Of a DNA stretch of 19,559 nt, positions 7,606 to 16,524 are shown in pieces. The translations under genes and the position numbers were made by a program. Within the stretch, counting starts at the first letter, position 1. Each line of letters starts with the position of its first letter. Location: contig JAYTHU010000013.1 in NCBI GenBank assembly GCA_043732305.1, positions 1 through 19,559 on the forward strand, in the 5' to 3' direction. The notes under the pieces are model-generated. The model searched no databases. It worked only from the letters and a program-made list of their open reading frames with translations, and was not told the origin of the DNA. This DNA comes from Oligoflexia bacterium. GTDB taxonomy: Bacteria; Bdellovibrionota; Bdellovibrionia; JABDDW01.

Positions 7606-8835
7606 TCAGTTTATTCCAGAATTGCCCAGAATTTTTTTGTACGCATCGATAGTTTGTTCCACCATGCGATTATTATCAAACATTTTTAATATTTTCTGTC
7701 TCGCTCTCACGCCGATGGCGCGAGTATCTATTTGATCGGAGACAATCTGCAAGAGAAGCCGGCTCAGAGCGGCGATTTCGGTTGGCCTGAGCAAAAATCC
7801 ATCATTACCGTTTTCAATCATCTGGCGACTAGTTCCGATCTCGCTTGCAATGACAGTTTTTTCCGCTGCCATCGCATCGAGCACGGTGGGCTCAAAGCCT
7901 GAACTTTTGCTGAAGAGATTTACGTAGACATCGCAATTTTTAATCATGAGATCGATCAGATCTGGATCATTGGGCGGCACGAACCAAACTTTACTCGCGA
8001 GTGCTAGATTGAGCATGTGTGCTTCGAGTTCGCGCTGGCGAGGACCTTCACCAACAATAATTAGAGCTGTATTGGGTTTCTTAATCGCCACGCGCTCAAA
8101 AGCTGAAAGAAGATTCTTGGTTTCTTCCACATGAATGAATGGGGTGATAGTCAAAACAACTTTGTGATCTTTTGGAACGCCCAGATTTTCAAACGGAAGC
8201 TTATTGGGGATGCGGTTCACGTCAAAAGATTGCCCGTCTATGCCAAATGGGATAATGAAAATACGGGAAGACGGATAGCGGTAATAGCGCTCTAAAATAT
8301 CCATTTGTTCTTGGCTCGATACAAAAACGGCGTCCGAATGACTCAAAAGTTTTTTATCATCGCCTAAGAAACTTTTTAAAAATTTTCTTAAAATATAAAT
8401 GCTAGTTTTGAGATAACTGCCGACGCGATCTTCGGCCAAAGCCCAAAGCCCAAAAATTTGATCAAGCTCAGTCCCTTTAACGTCGGAAGCAAACCTGATT
8501 TTCAAATCTTTTTTATGAAGAGCGATCGAAAGGCCGGAATTGTCAACGCTGTGCACTAAGTCCAGCGGCTTCTCAAGATGAATTTGTTCGAGTTGATCGA
8601 GAGCTGAATCACGGAAATTACTCAGACGATAAATTTGCAACCGGTCAGGAAACCGTGCGACCTTATCTACAGAAGGATCTGGCGTGATAACGCTGACGTC
8701 ATGACCCATTCGTGCTAATTTCTGTGTGAGTGGCCAAAGATATCCACAATCCGCGGTGCGATCAAAAATAGGAAATTTTTGACTTACAAAGCAGATTCTG
8801 AGATTCTCAACCGAATCATTCTTTTTGGGCTGCAT
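7606..8835 (-). CDS. GT4 family glycosyltransferase
   Basis: LARMGHDVSVIT, IIPFGID, LIIVGEGP, and DAMAAEKTVIAS...NGNDGFL. The probable start is ATG 8835. Confidence 0.85.
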   Translation of the reverse strand: MQPKKNDSVENLRICFVSQKFPIFDRTADCGYLWPLTQKLARMGHDVSVITPDPSVDKVARFPDRLQIYRLSNFRDSALDQLEQIHLEKPLDLVHSVDNSGLSIALHKKDLKIRFASDVKGTELDQIFGLWALAEDRVGSYLKTSIYILRKFLKSFLGDDKKLLSHSDAVFVSSQEQMDILERYYRYPSSRIFIIPFGIDGQSFDVNRIPNKLPFENLGVPKDHKVVLTITPFIHVEETKNLLSAFERVAIKKPNTALIIVGEGPRQRELEAHMLNLALASKVWFVPPNDPDLIDLMIKNCDVYVNLFSKSSGFEPTVLDAMAAEKTVIASEIGTSRQMIENGNDGFLLRPTEIAALSRLLLQIVSDQIDTRAIGVRARQKILKMFDNNRMVEQTIDAYKKILGNSGIN

Positions 8836-8873
8836 ACGTAAAAATTTATAGGAGAAGTGCAATTTTGGCTACA

Positions 8874-9986
8874 ATGAAGTTTCCATTTTTTGATCTCACT
8901 CGTCAGTATCAAACTCTCAAAGAAGAAATGATGCCGATCGTGCAGCGGACGTTTGAAAAACAAGCGTTTGTCATGGGTGAAGAAGTCACACTCCTTGAAA
9001 AAGAACTCGCGGAATTCATTGGCGTGAAACACGCCATCACATGTGGCTCAGGCACAGACGCTTTGGTTCTAGCCATGAAGGCCATGGGCGTAAAACCCGG
9101 CGATGAAATCATGACTCCGCCGTTTAGTTTTTTCGCGTCCACGAGTTCAATTTTACTTTGTGAAGCGCTCCCAGTTTTTGTCGATGTCGATCCCTACAAT
9201 TTCACCATGGATCCTAAGAATTTAGAAAAATCCTTGACCAAGAAAACCAAAGGCATCATGCCAGTCCATCTTTTTGGTCAGTGCGCAGACATGGAACCCA
9301 TTCTAGCTTTTGCCAAAAAACATGGGCTTTTTGTTCTTGAAGATTTCGCACAATCCATTGGTGCTAAATATAATAATAAAGGTGCCGGCTCAATGGGAAC
9401 TATGGGCGCCACCAGCTTCTATCCGACTAAGAATTTAGGCGGAGCAGGGGAAGGTGGGCTTGTCACCACTGACGATGATGATTTAGCAGATCGCGCGCGA
9501 CTCCTTCGCGTGCACGGAATGCGTGTTCGTTACACTCACGAAATCTTAGGATGGAATTCTCGCCTGGATGCTTTGCAAGCTGCAATCTTGCGCGTGAAAC
9601 TTCGCCATTTAAATAAATGGGTGACTCGCCGTCGTGATCTCGCTGAGCAGTATCGGGCTATACTAAGCGTATTAGAAACGCGCGGAAATATTCAACTTCC
9701 CAAAGAGCAAAAAGGTAATTTCCACGTCTGGAATCAATTTACAATCATGGTTGATAACCGGGATGAAGTTCGAAGCAAGCTCGAAGCTAAAGGAATTCCT
9801 ACGGATATTTTTTATCCAAAAACAATACCTGTTCAGCCTGCTTTGAAAGAATATGGATTTACCGAAGAGTCATTCGAAGTTTCTCGAAAGCTTTGCGAAC
9901 GTGCACTCGCGCTTCCCATATTTCCAGAACTTACAAACGCTGAACAAGAGCAGGCAGCTCTCGCGTTGATCGAAATTCTGACCTAA
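8874..9986 (+). CDS. DegT/DnrJ/EryC1/StrS PLP-dependent sugar aminotransferase
   Basis: SGTDAL, PVHLFGQ, EDFAQS, PLP-lysine motif SFYPTKNLG, and NSRLDALQAA. Start is ATG 8874 or TTG 8865. Confidence 0.93.
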   Translation: MKFPFFDLTRQYQTLKEEMMPIVQRTFEKQAFVMGEEVTLLEKELAEFIGVKHAITCGSGTDALVLAMKAMGVKPGDEIMTPPFSFFASTSSILLCEALPVFVDVDPYNFTMDPKNLEKSLTKKTKGIMPVHLFGQCADMEPILAFAKKHGLFVLEDFAQSIGAKYNNKGAGSMGTMGATSFYPTKNLGGAGEGGLVTTDDDDLADRARLLRVHGMRVRYTHEILGWNSRLDALQAAILRVKLRHLNKWVTRRRDLAEQYRAILSVLETRGNIQLPKEQKGNFHVWNQFTIMVDNRDEVRSKLEAKGIPTDIFYPKTIPVQPALKEYGFTEESFEVSRKLCERALALPIFPELTNAEQEQAALALIEILT

Positions 9987-10102
9987 TAATACGTCCGTTT
10001 TTTCCCTAGGCCTGACCATTTTACTTTTTTCGGTAGCGACGTGCCAAAATCTTGGGATCGCGATGATAAATGCTCACTTGCCCGCTGATCAGAAAATCAT
10101 TG

Positions 10103-10771
10103 CTATGATGACGAAGTGAGAAGCATTTGAGACCAACGGTCCAAATATTTTCGCGGGAATGCTGCGTTTTTAAGTGCTCTCTGCAATTGTTCTTCACTCA
10201 TTTTTTTTCCGGTGACCACGTGTGGATAAATTTCTGAAACCATAAATTTTATTTTCGCTTCAGCAATTCGCTCAACTTTATCCGTCACATTTATTTTTCC
10301 AGGTACTAATATCCTGAAGTAAACTCCGCTCATGCCACACTCTTGCATTGCTTTTTGCCCACGCGGGTTTTGCATCCTGAAATTTACTTTGGCGCAGGGG
10401 ATACGCGGAAAACTCGCCTCAACTATCACCTCGCCAATTTTAAATTTGTCTCCAATGCTCACTTTTGTTTCGTCAAAATGATCCACTGTCAACGTTTCGC
10501 CCAGCGAACCCGGGACGTAAATGTCGCCTGCGTTAACAACTCCCAACCGATCTAAAAACTTTTGTATTGACGACATTCCATATATATAAAGAACTGCTTC
10601 AGGCGTTCCATGAAACTGAGGGGCTGCAAATGTGTTTCCGTCGATACTAGTCATTTGGACATTGAGCGGCCCAGGCACAGATTTTTTATTCATAGAAGTA
10701 AGGATGGTCTGCACGCCAAACTCAATAGGTTGAGGTGTTCCGAGATTGAGTGAGAGTATTTTTGATTCCAT
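10103..10771 (-). CDS. MOSC domain protein (YiiM-like)
   Basis: HGTPEAV, GSLGETL, IGDKFKIG, PRIPC.K and SGVYFRILVPG. GGAG RBS. Confidence 0.88.
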   Translation of the reverse strand: MESKILSLNLGTPQPIEFGVQTILTSMNKKSVPGPLNVQMTSIDGNTFAAPQFHGTPEAVLYIYGMSSIQKFLDRLGVVNAGDIYVPGSLGETLTVDHFDETKVSIGDKFKIGEVIVEASFPRIPCAKVNFRMQNPRGQKAMQECGMSGVYFRILVPGKINVTDKVERIAEAKIKFMVSEIYPHVVTGKKMSEEQLQRALKNAAFPRKYLDRWSQMLLTSSS

Positions 10772-10900
10772 TTCAAATCTCCAATTCGTTTATGACCTAA
10801 CCTACTTTCGTAGCCCTACATTTGCAATAGTAGGCTATGAATCTTACTTAAGGAGCGCTACCATCAATCCAAAAGCTTTTCAATTGTATAAGCGCTTTTT

Positions 10901-11277
10901 ATGTCGAAGCCTGGTCTCGCGGTTTTTCTATTTATGACCACCGTACTTGCTCGGACCATTGAGCCCTTACTAAATCTCGATGCAAAAATGCTTCATTTAG
11001 CTCACGAAAAAGAGTTGTAGGTCACCGGACTTGGATCCGATCGTGAAGTATTGAGGTATCTATTGAAAGCTGTCGACATCAATTTGTTAAATTGTCTAAT
11101 TCCAACTGTTCTCACTCGACATTGCTCGCTGTGGGATTAGCTCACATCACTGGTGAAAATGGTGTTTTGGATTTTCTAAGGCAAAAAGGAGCTAAGGTTA
11201 TTTCCGCTCTTCAAATCGAAAATATATGTACGGAGCGCCTCCTGAATATTGCAAGACTTAAGCTTATAAAACCTTAG
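10901..11277 (+). pseudogene. Probable decayed ankyrin-repeat protein gene
   Basis: ATG 10901 gives MSKPGLAVFLFMTTVLART...MLHLAHEKEL, then TAG at 11018-11020. The same frame continues VTGLGSDREVLRYLLKAVDIN. After a frameshift near 11083-11092 it reads ...HSTLLAVGLAHITGENGVLDFLRQKGAK. Confidence 0.5.
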
Positions 11278-12457
11278 AGTAAATTCGACTCATTTCATTG
11301 GCGACATGTTCAAAACTAAGTCGAGGTCTCAAAGCTAAGGCGCCTTGGCGCAAAATCTCGGCAGAGTCGATGACATCCTCATTGTCATGAGCAAGGGCTT
11401 GCTGAGTAAAAAACATTTTTATTTTGGCAATCATTTGAGCTTCATCTCCAAATTCCGAAAGTAAAATATTTTTCGTATTATTCAATCCATGTTCTGAATA
11501 ATGCACGTCCAGCGCGTAAGTCAAAACCGGCAAACTTTTGTAGAGAGCTTGGCGTAAAACACCGGAACTTTTTTGTTCGATCGGCTGCTCAAATGGAAAG
11601 ACACAAAGGTCAATTGAGCTCAGCGCGCGCCACAAATCAGCATCTGGCAGAAATCCAGAAAAGATCACGCGATCCCGAATTCCAAGCTCCTCTATTCGAC
11701 TTAATAATCGATGTTTATAATCAGGTTTCGTCAAATTCCAGCTCGTAAGAGCTAGAAGTTTCATTGAAGGATCGTCCTTACAAACTTTAGCGAATATTTC
11801 GATGAGGTTATGAAAACCTTTGGGAGGTGTGATGAATCCGAAAAACCCCAAAACTTTATCGTCGGGACGAAGTCCCCAGTGGGCCCGCACTTTTAGTTTT
11901 GTTCCGAAGGAAAAATCATCTGTTCCGCTAAAATGAGAGCCCACGTCAACAATTTCAACTTTAGAATCATCGGCGCCTGGCATGAATTTTTTCAGCTGCT
12001 GTTTATAAAATCGATTCGTCACCGTGACGACATCACTTCCCATAAGCAGCGGCAGGATTTTAAATTTTTCTAAAGGAGAAGCATTCTCAAAACCATGGAG
12101 GGTTGTCACCCATGGACATCGCAAAATGGCTTTTGCCATCTCCGGAATTAAATTTACTAAAAATTTAGAGTTTGCTCCGTCGATAGCCGTTGGATGATTC
12201 AAGTGAATGATATCCGGCTTCAGGGTCATCAAGGTTTGCATCAACCGCGGAGCTTCAAGCATTCCCCAATTTTGCATGATCTTGTGCATTGTCACTCGAC
12301 CAAAAGTGTTTTCAATTTCCGGAAGTGCAGATGTTATGACGTGAACATCGTGGTTAAGTTCAGAAAGGGCTTTAGTTAAAAAGCCCGCGTAATTTCCGAT
12401 GTCACAACCGGTGTATTTAGGAAAAGTGCTGGTGATGTAGGCGATTTTTAAACTCAT
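11264..12457 (-). CDS. GT4 family glycosyltransferase
   Basis: KIAYITSTFP...GNYAGFL, WVTTLH, FFGFITPPKGF, and VFPF...SSGVLRQAL...LPV. Confidence 0.85.
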   Translation of the reverse strand: MSLKIAYITSTFPKYTGCDIGNYAGFLTKALSELNHDVHVITSALPEIENTFGRVTMHKIMQNWGMLEAPRLMQTLMTLKPDIIHLNHPTAIDGANSKFLVNLIPEMAKAILRCPWVTTLHGFENASPLEKFKILPLLMGSDVVTVTNRFYKQQLKKFMPGADDSKVEIVDVGSHFSGTDDFSFGTKLKVRAHWGLRPDDKVLGFFGFITPPKGFHNLIEIFAKVCKDDPSMKLLALTSWNLTKPDYKHRLLSRIEELGIRDRVIFSGFLPDADLWRALSSIDLCVFPFEQPIEQKSSGVLRQALYKSLPVLTYALDVHYSEHGLNNTKNILLSEFGDEAQMIAKIKMFFTQQALAHDNEDVIDSAEILRQGALALRPRLSFEHVANEMSRIYSKVL

Positions 12458-12478
12458 GAAAAAACTCTCGCAGAAAAT

Positions 12479-12931
12479 TTAAACAGTCGGACTTTTTAAA
12501 ATCTTAATCAGCGTTGATAGAATATTTCGATTGGCTTCGGGAATTTGAATTTTTTCTAATTCTTCGGGGTCTACCCAGCGGAGGTCATCGTGATAGATTG
12601 TTTTGGGCTCGCCCTTCCAAAATCCCACATCGTAGAACAAAAGTAACACGCCACGTTCGCCGTAGGAATGTGTGTGAGCTAGCCTGAGTGCCCCAACTTC
12701 AGCATCGACTCCAATTTCTTCTTGAAGTTCACGAGCAAGTGCTTCTTGAGGTGATTCACCTTGCTCAATCTTGCCGCCCGGAAATTCCCATGCTCCAGCT
12801 AGGGTTTCTCCAACTGGGCGTTGACCAAGCAAAACTTTGCCGTTTTTATGGATCAGTCCAGTCACCACGGGAATCCAAATGCCACGTTTGCGTGGTTTTT
12901 TGATCTTTGGGTTATTGTCCTGGTCTGCCAT
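12479..12931 (-). CDS. NUDIX hydrolase, MutT/NudG-like
   Basis: Complete Nudix box WEFPGGKIEQGESPQEALARELQEEIGV. The probable start is ATG 12931. Confidence 0.88.
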   Translation of the reverse strand: MADQDNNPKIKKPRKRGIWIPVVTGLIHKNGKVLLGQRPVGETLAGAWEFPGGKIEQGESPQEALARELQEEIGVDAEVGALRLAHTHSYGERGVLLLFYDVGFWKGEPKTIYHDDLRWVDPEELEKIQIPEANRNILSTLIKILKSPTV

Positions 12932-12943
12932 AATAGTCAAAGT

Positions 12944-13912
12944 TTAGGGGATATTTTTGAACCAGTCGATGGTTTTTTTCAAACCGTCTTCGAGCTTCAC
13001 TTCTGCACGGAAGCCAAAAGCTTCTATGGCGCGTGAAACATCGAGTTGCCGCTTGGGCTGACCATTAGGTCTATCAGTGTTCCAGCGAATGTGGCCCTTA
13101 TATTCTGTCAACTTTTGAACAGTTTCTGCCAAATACTTGATCTTAGTTTCTTCGTTGGTGCCAAGATTTATAGCTTCTGGCCCATCGTAATTTTGAAGAG
13201 CCATTATTATTCCGCGCGCCACATCATCCACATATAAAAATTCTCTGGACGGAGATCCATCTCCCCAAAGTTCTACCTCGGGTGAATTATTTCTCTTCGC
13301 TTCAACAAATTTTCTAATGATAGCGGGAATGACGTGTGATGCTTCCAAATCAAAATTATCGAATGGTCCGTATAAATTAGCAGGTAACAAATAAATTCCG
13401 CGCAATCCATGCTGCTCACGATAAGCATTTAATGCCACGTGCAACATTTTCTTGGCTACGCCGTAGGGCGCGTTGGTTTCTTCAGGATATCCATCCCAAA
13501 GCGCTGTCTCAGAAAATGGCGTGGGTGTGAATTTGGGATAAGCGCAAACTGTTCCCGCCACTAAAAGTTTCTTAACTCCTGCTTTTGCAGACTCATCAAT
13601 AATATGCAGACCCATGGTGGCATTGTCAAAAATTAGATCCGCAGGGCATTTTTGGTTGAATCCAATGCCTCCCACTCGAGCGGCCAAATGCACCACTATG
13701 TCTTTCCCCGCAACTATTTTTCGAGCATTTTCCTTTAAGCGAATGTCGCAGTCTTTGCTTCGTGGAATTTCAATGTTTTTAACATCAGCGCCGAGAGCGA
13801 TCAGCCGTTCGACAACATGACGTCCCACGAATCCGTGGCCGCCGGTCACAAGAATTTTTTGATTTTTGAAATCTTTAAAGGTGACAGGGTCTTTGACATT
13901 CCATTTCGTCAT
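12944..13912 (-). CDS. fcl: GDP-L-fucose synthase
   Basis: [17 protein letters not shown], catalytic Cys (GTVCAYP) and His (SHVIPA), YxxxK, and [14 protein letters not shown] overlap with gmd. Confidence 0.93.
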   Translation of the reverse strand: MTKWNVKDPVTFKDFKNQKILVTGGHGFVGRHVVERLIALGADVKNIEIPRSKDCDIRLKENARKIVAGKDIVVHLAARVGGIGFNQKCPADLIFDNATMGLHIIDESAKAGVKKLLVAGTVCAYPKFTPTPFSETALWDGYPEETNAPYGVAKKMLHVALNAYREQHGLRGIYLLPANLYGPFDNFDLEASHVIPAIIRKFVEAKRNNSPEVELWGDGSPSREFLYVDDVARGIIMALQNYDGPEAINLGTNEETKIKYLAETVQKLTEYKGHIRWNTDRPNGQPKRQLDVSRAIEAFGFRAEVKLEDGLKKTIDWFKNIP

Positions 13913-14916
13913 AATTTAAGTACCTTTTTAGGATCGAGTCCTTCGGCAATGAGATCTGCCTCAACCATCAAGTGAACAAGTTCCTTGAATGTGACCTTAG
14001 GTTTCCAGCCGAAAGTTTTTTCGGCTTTGGAGGCGTCACCAATCAGAAGATCAACTTCTGTGGGGCGGAAATATTTAGGATCTATTTTCACATGGTTTTC
14101 ATAGTTTAATCCGACTGACCCGAATGCCAGTTCTAAAAATTCTCGAACTGTATGTGTCTCTCCAGTAGCAATAACAAAGTCATCGGGTTTTTCTAGTTGT
14201 AGCATCATCCACATGGCCTCGACGTAATCTTTTGCAAAACCCCAATCGCGCTTGGAATCTAGATTACCCAGGTAAAGATCTTTTTGTTTTCCTGCGACGA
14301 TTCGGGCGAGCGATTTTGTGATTTTGCGAGTCACAAAAGTTTCTCCGCGACGAGGGCTCTCGTGATTGAACAAAATCCCGTTGCAAGCGAACATATTGTA
14401 GGCTTCCCGATAATTCACCGTGAGCCAGTACGCAAAAACTTTCGCACATCCATAAGGGCTACGAGGGTAAAACGGTGTGGATTCCTTTTGAGGAACGTCT
14501 TGAACTTTTCCGTACATTTCAGATGACGACGCTTGGTAGAATTTTGTCTTCACTCCGGATTCCAAAATCGCATCTAATATTCGCACGGTTCCCACACCTG
14601 TGACATCAGCCGTATATTCTGGCATGTCAAAACTCACGCGCACGTGACTTTGAGCTCCAAGATGATAAATTTCTTCGGGTTGGATGGTCTTTAGCAATCG
14701 ATTGAGATTAGTGGCATCGCTCAAATCGCCGTAATGCAAAAAAAGTTTTGCATCTTGGTAATGTGGGTCTCGATAAATATGATCGATGCGACCTGTGTTG
14801 AAACTGCTGGATCTGCGAATGAGTCCGTGAACCTCATAACCTTTTTCCAATAACAATTCGGTAAGGTAGCTTCCGTCTTGGCCGGTGATGCCGGTGATAA
14901 AGGCGCGTTTGCTCAT
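13909..14916 (-). CDS. gmd: GDP-mannose 4,6-dehydratase
   Basis: [37 protein letters not shown], and [16 protein letters not shown]. Confidence 0.97.
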   Translation of the reverse strand: MSKRAFITGITGQDGSYLTELLLEKGYEVHGLIRRSSSFNTGRIDHIYRDPHYQDAKLFLHYGDLSDATNLNRLLKTIQPEEIYHLGAQSHVRVSFDMPEYTADVTGVGTVRILDAILESGVKTKFYQASSSEMYGKVQDVPQKESTPFYPRSPYGCAKVFAYWLTVNYREAYNMFACNGILFNHESPRRGETFVTRKITKSLARIVAGKQKDLYLGNLDSKRDWGFAKDYVEAMWMMLQLEKPDDFVIATGETHTVREFLELAFGSVGLNYENHVKIDPKYFRPTEVDLLIGDASKAEKTFGWKPKVTFKELVHLMVEADLIAEGLDPKKVLKL

Positions 14917-14947
14917 GACTGATCCTCATATATTTAAGGGATGATTT

Positions 14948-15742
14948 TTAAAATCTATATTTCAGAATTTCTTTCAAAGCTAGCTGAATAAAGACGGGAT
15001 TTGTTTTGAAATATCGAGAAGCTAGTCTGCCTGGATCAGAAGCCATTCTAAAAGCCCATTCCATTCCAGCATTTTGCATCAATTTGGGAGCTCGGGGTTT
15101 TTGCCCACCGTAGAAATCAAATGCTGCTCCTACAGCCAGCCAAACACTTTTACCATTACGAGCGGCATTGCTTCTCTCTGCCATTTCAATAACGTGCTTT
15201 TCTTGCTTTGGCGCACCCAATCCAACCCAAACATATTCAGCTCCGCTGGATTTTACGATCTCTAGCTGCTTCCTTTTTTCTTCTTCGGAAAACTCAGAAG
15301 CAAACGGGGGAGAATATATACCCGCCACGTCTGTTTTGTACTCAAGCTTGAATCTGCTTCTAATTTTTTCCAAAGTTTCAGGAGTAGAGCCCAAGAAGAA
15401 ATGTTTTTTTCCAGGGTAAGCCTTGAAGATATCTTCCATTAAATCAGGACCTGAGTAGCGTTCGATAGTGAACGGAGCTGTTTCAGTTTTACCTTTAAGT
15501 GATTTTTTTTGAATAGCCCGAAGAATCCAAGCAATAGGGACGCCATCAGGAACGATGAAATTAGCTCGCTGCAACGTTTCCTTAAAATTTGCGTTCCAAT
15601 GAGACTCTACAATCACATGCGCGTTGGCAAAGATCACACTCGAGGCGTGAGCGGTGTCTGCGAGTCTCGCTACATGTTGTTTAATTTGTTCTCTAGCTGC
15701 GGCTGCGAACCAGAGATCAAAAATTTTAAGCTTTAATAACAT
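14948..15742 (-). CDS. WecB/TagA/CpsF (GT26) glycosyltransferase
   Basis: VPDGVPI, RYSGPDL, VWVGLGAPKQE, VGAAFDF, and RAPKLMQ..GMEWAFR...PGRL..RY. Confidence 0.92.
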   Translation of the reverse strand: MLLKLKIFDLWFAAAAREQIKQHVARLADTAHASSVIFANAHVIVESHWNANFKETLQRANFIVPDGVPIAWILRAIQKKSLKGKTETAPFTIERYSGPDLMEDIFKAYPGKKHFFLGSTPETLEKIRSRFKLEYKTDVAGIYSPPFASEFSEEEKRKQLEIVKSSGAEYVWVGLGAPKQEKHVIEMAERSNAARNGKSVWLAVGAAFDFYGGQKPRAPKLMQNAGMEWAFRMASDPGRLASRYFKTNPVFIQLALKEILKYRF

Positions 15743-15779
15743 TTCTCAAACATTCTTTTCAGACATCTCTTCGGTGAGC

Positions 15780-16229
15780 TCAGTGACACTCCGCCAATAT
15801 TTCATTGGGAATGAGATCTCCAAGCGTTGCTCCAATGTAGGCATAGTCGCTTTGCCCACATTGAAATGCAATAGTCAAAGTTCTCATTGATGCTTTGCTC
15901 ACGCCGGCCCCCGCCATACCTTGAGCAACAAAGCGCACGGACTCTTCAATAAAACCTGCATCTTCAAATCTCGCCGGAAGATGTTGGATTTTTTGAACAA
16001 GCATGGACATTGTCACAACCCCTGAACTTGTTATTGCTTGAATGACGACTGCTTCATTGATGACACCCAGCTTAAGAGTTGAACCGGAACTGGTGCAACT
16101 TATAGGCTTTGTAAGCTTGGCAATATCGCCAAGGCACGTTTCAACAAAAGTGTTGTCTTGACCCCTCGACTGACTACTGACTAGAACTGTAGCTATCATA
16201 GCCACGATTAGACAATTCACATTCCCCAT
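15780..16229 (-). CDS. Small secreted hypothetical protein (149 aa, four Cys in mature part)
   Basis: The start is re-placed to ATG 16229 because of the AAAGGGGG RBS and the signal-like N-terminus MGNVNCLIVAMIATVLVSSQSRG. Confidence 0.65.
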   Translation of the reverse strand: MGNVNCLIVAMIATVLVSSQSRGQDNTFVETCLGDIAKLTKPISCTSSGSTLKLGVINEAVVIQAITSSGVVTMSMLVQKIQHLPARFEDAGFIEESVRFVAQGMAGAGVSKASMRTLTIAFQCGQSDYAYIGATLGDLIPNEILAECH

Positions 16230-16253
16230 TATTTCCCCCTTTAATGAGTTCAG

Positions 16254-16269
16254 TGCATTCATGTAGCCC
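16254..16269 (-). promoter_or_regulatory. Putative sigma54 (-24/-12) promoter
   Basis: GGGCTACATGAATGCA has GG-N10-GC spacing. The predicted +1 falls just before the RBS of the 16229 gene. Confidence 0.45.
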
Positions 16270-16424
16270 TTACAAGCGGGCCTGTAAAAATAACTTGTAG
16301 TGAAATTCGCCGTCTCTGTCAAAGTAATATGCATTGGAGCCGCAAATTGCGCCCCGAGAGGGGCCGCAGGATGTTATTTTCGCTCTCTATTGTGTTTTAA
16401 TGAGGTTTGGCATTTGGCATGAAT

Positions 16425-16440
16425 GGGCCCCTGGATTGCA
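16425..16440 (+). promoter_or_regulatory. Putative sigma54 (-24/-12) promoter
   Basis: GGGCCCCTGGATTGCA has GG-N10-GC spacing and ends in TTGCA, about 85 nt before ATG 16525. Confidence 0.55.
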
Positions 16441-16524
16441 TAAGGATAATCTTGATAATCACATTGGTTTAATTTTTAAAATGGTTTACTAGTTGAACGA
16501 ATTACTAACGATGAAGGAGATTAC

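Noticed and set aside
9987..10102. Intergenic gap between DegT and MOSC as an sRNA or gene remnant
   Set aside because: There is no convincing hairpin or RBS-led ORF. TTGGCACG on the - strand lacks a -12 element.
312..15890. Numerous 60-90 aa ORFs overlapping well-supported genes
   Set aside because: They lack an RBS or recognisable motifs and are alternative-frame or antisense artefacts.
16230..16334. Upstream extension of the 15780 ORF
   Set aside because: It covers the promoter and RBS region. The signal peptide begins at ATG 16229.
16445..16466. GATAAT repeats as a Fur box
   Set aside because: The inverted ATTATC half is missing and the spacing does not fit the 19-bp or 7-1-7 consensus.
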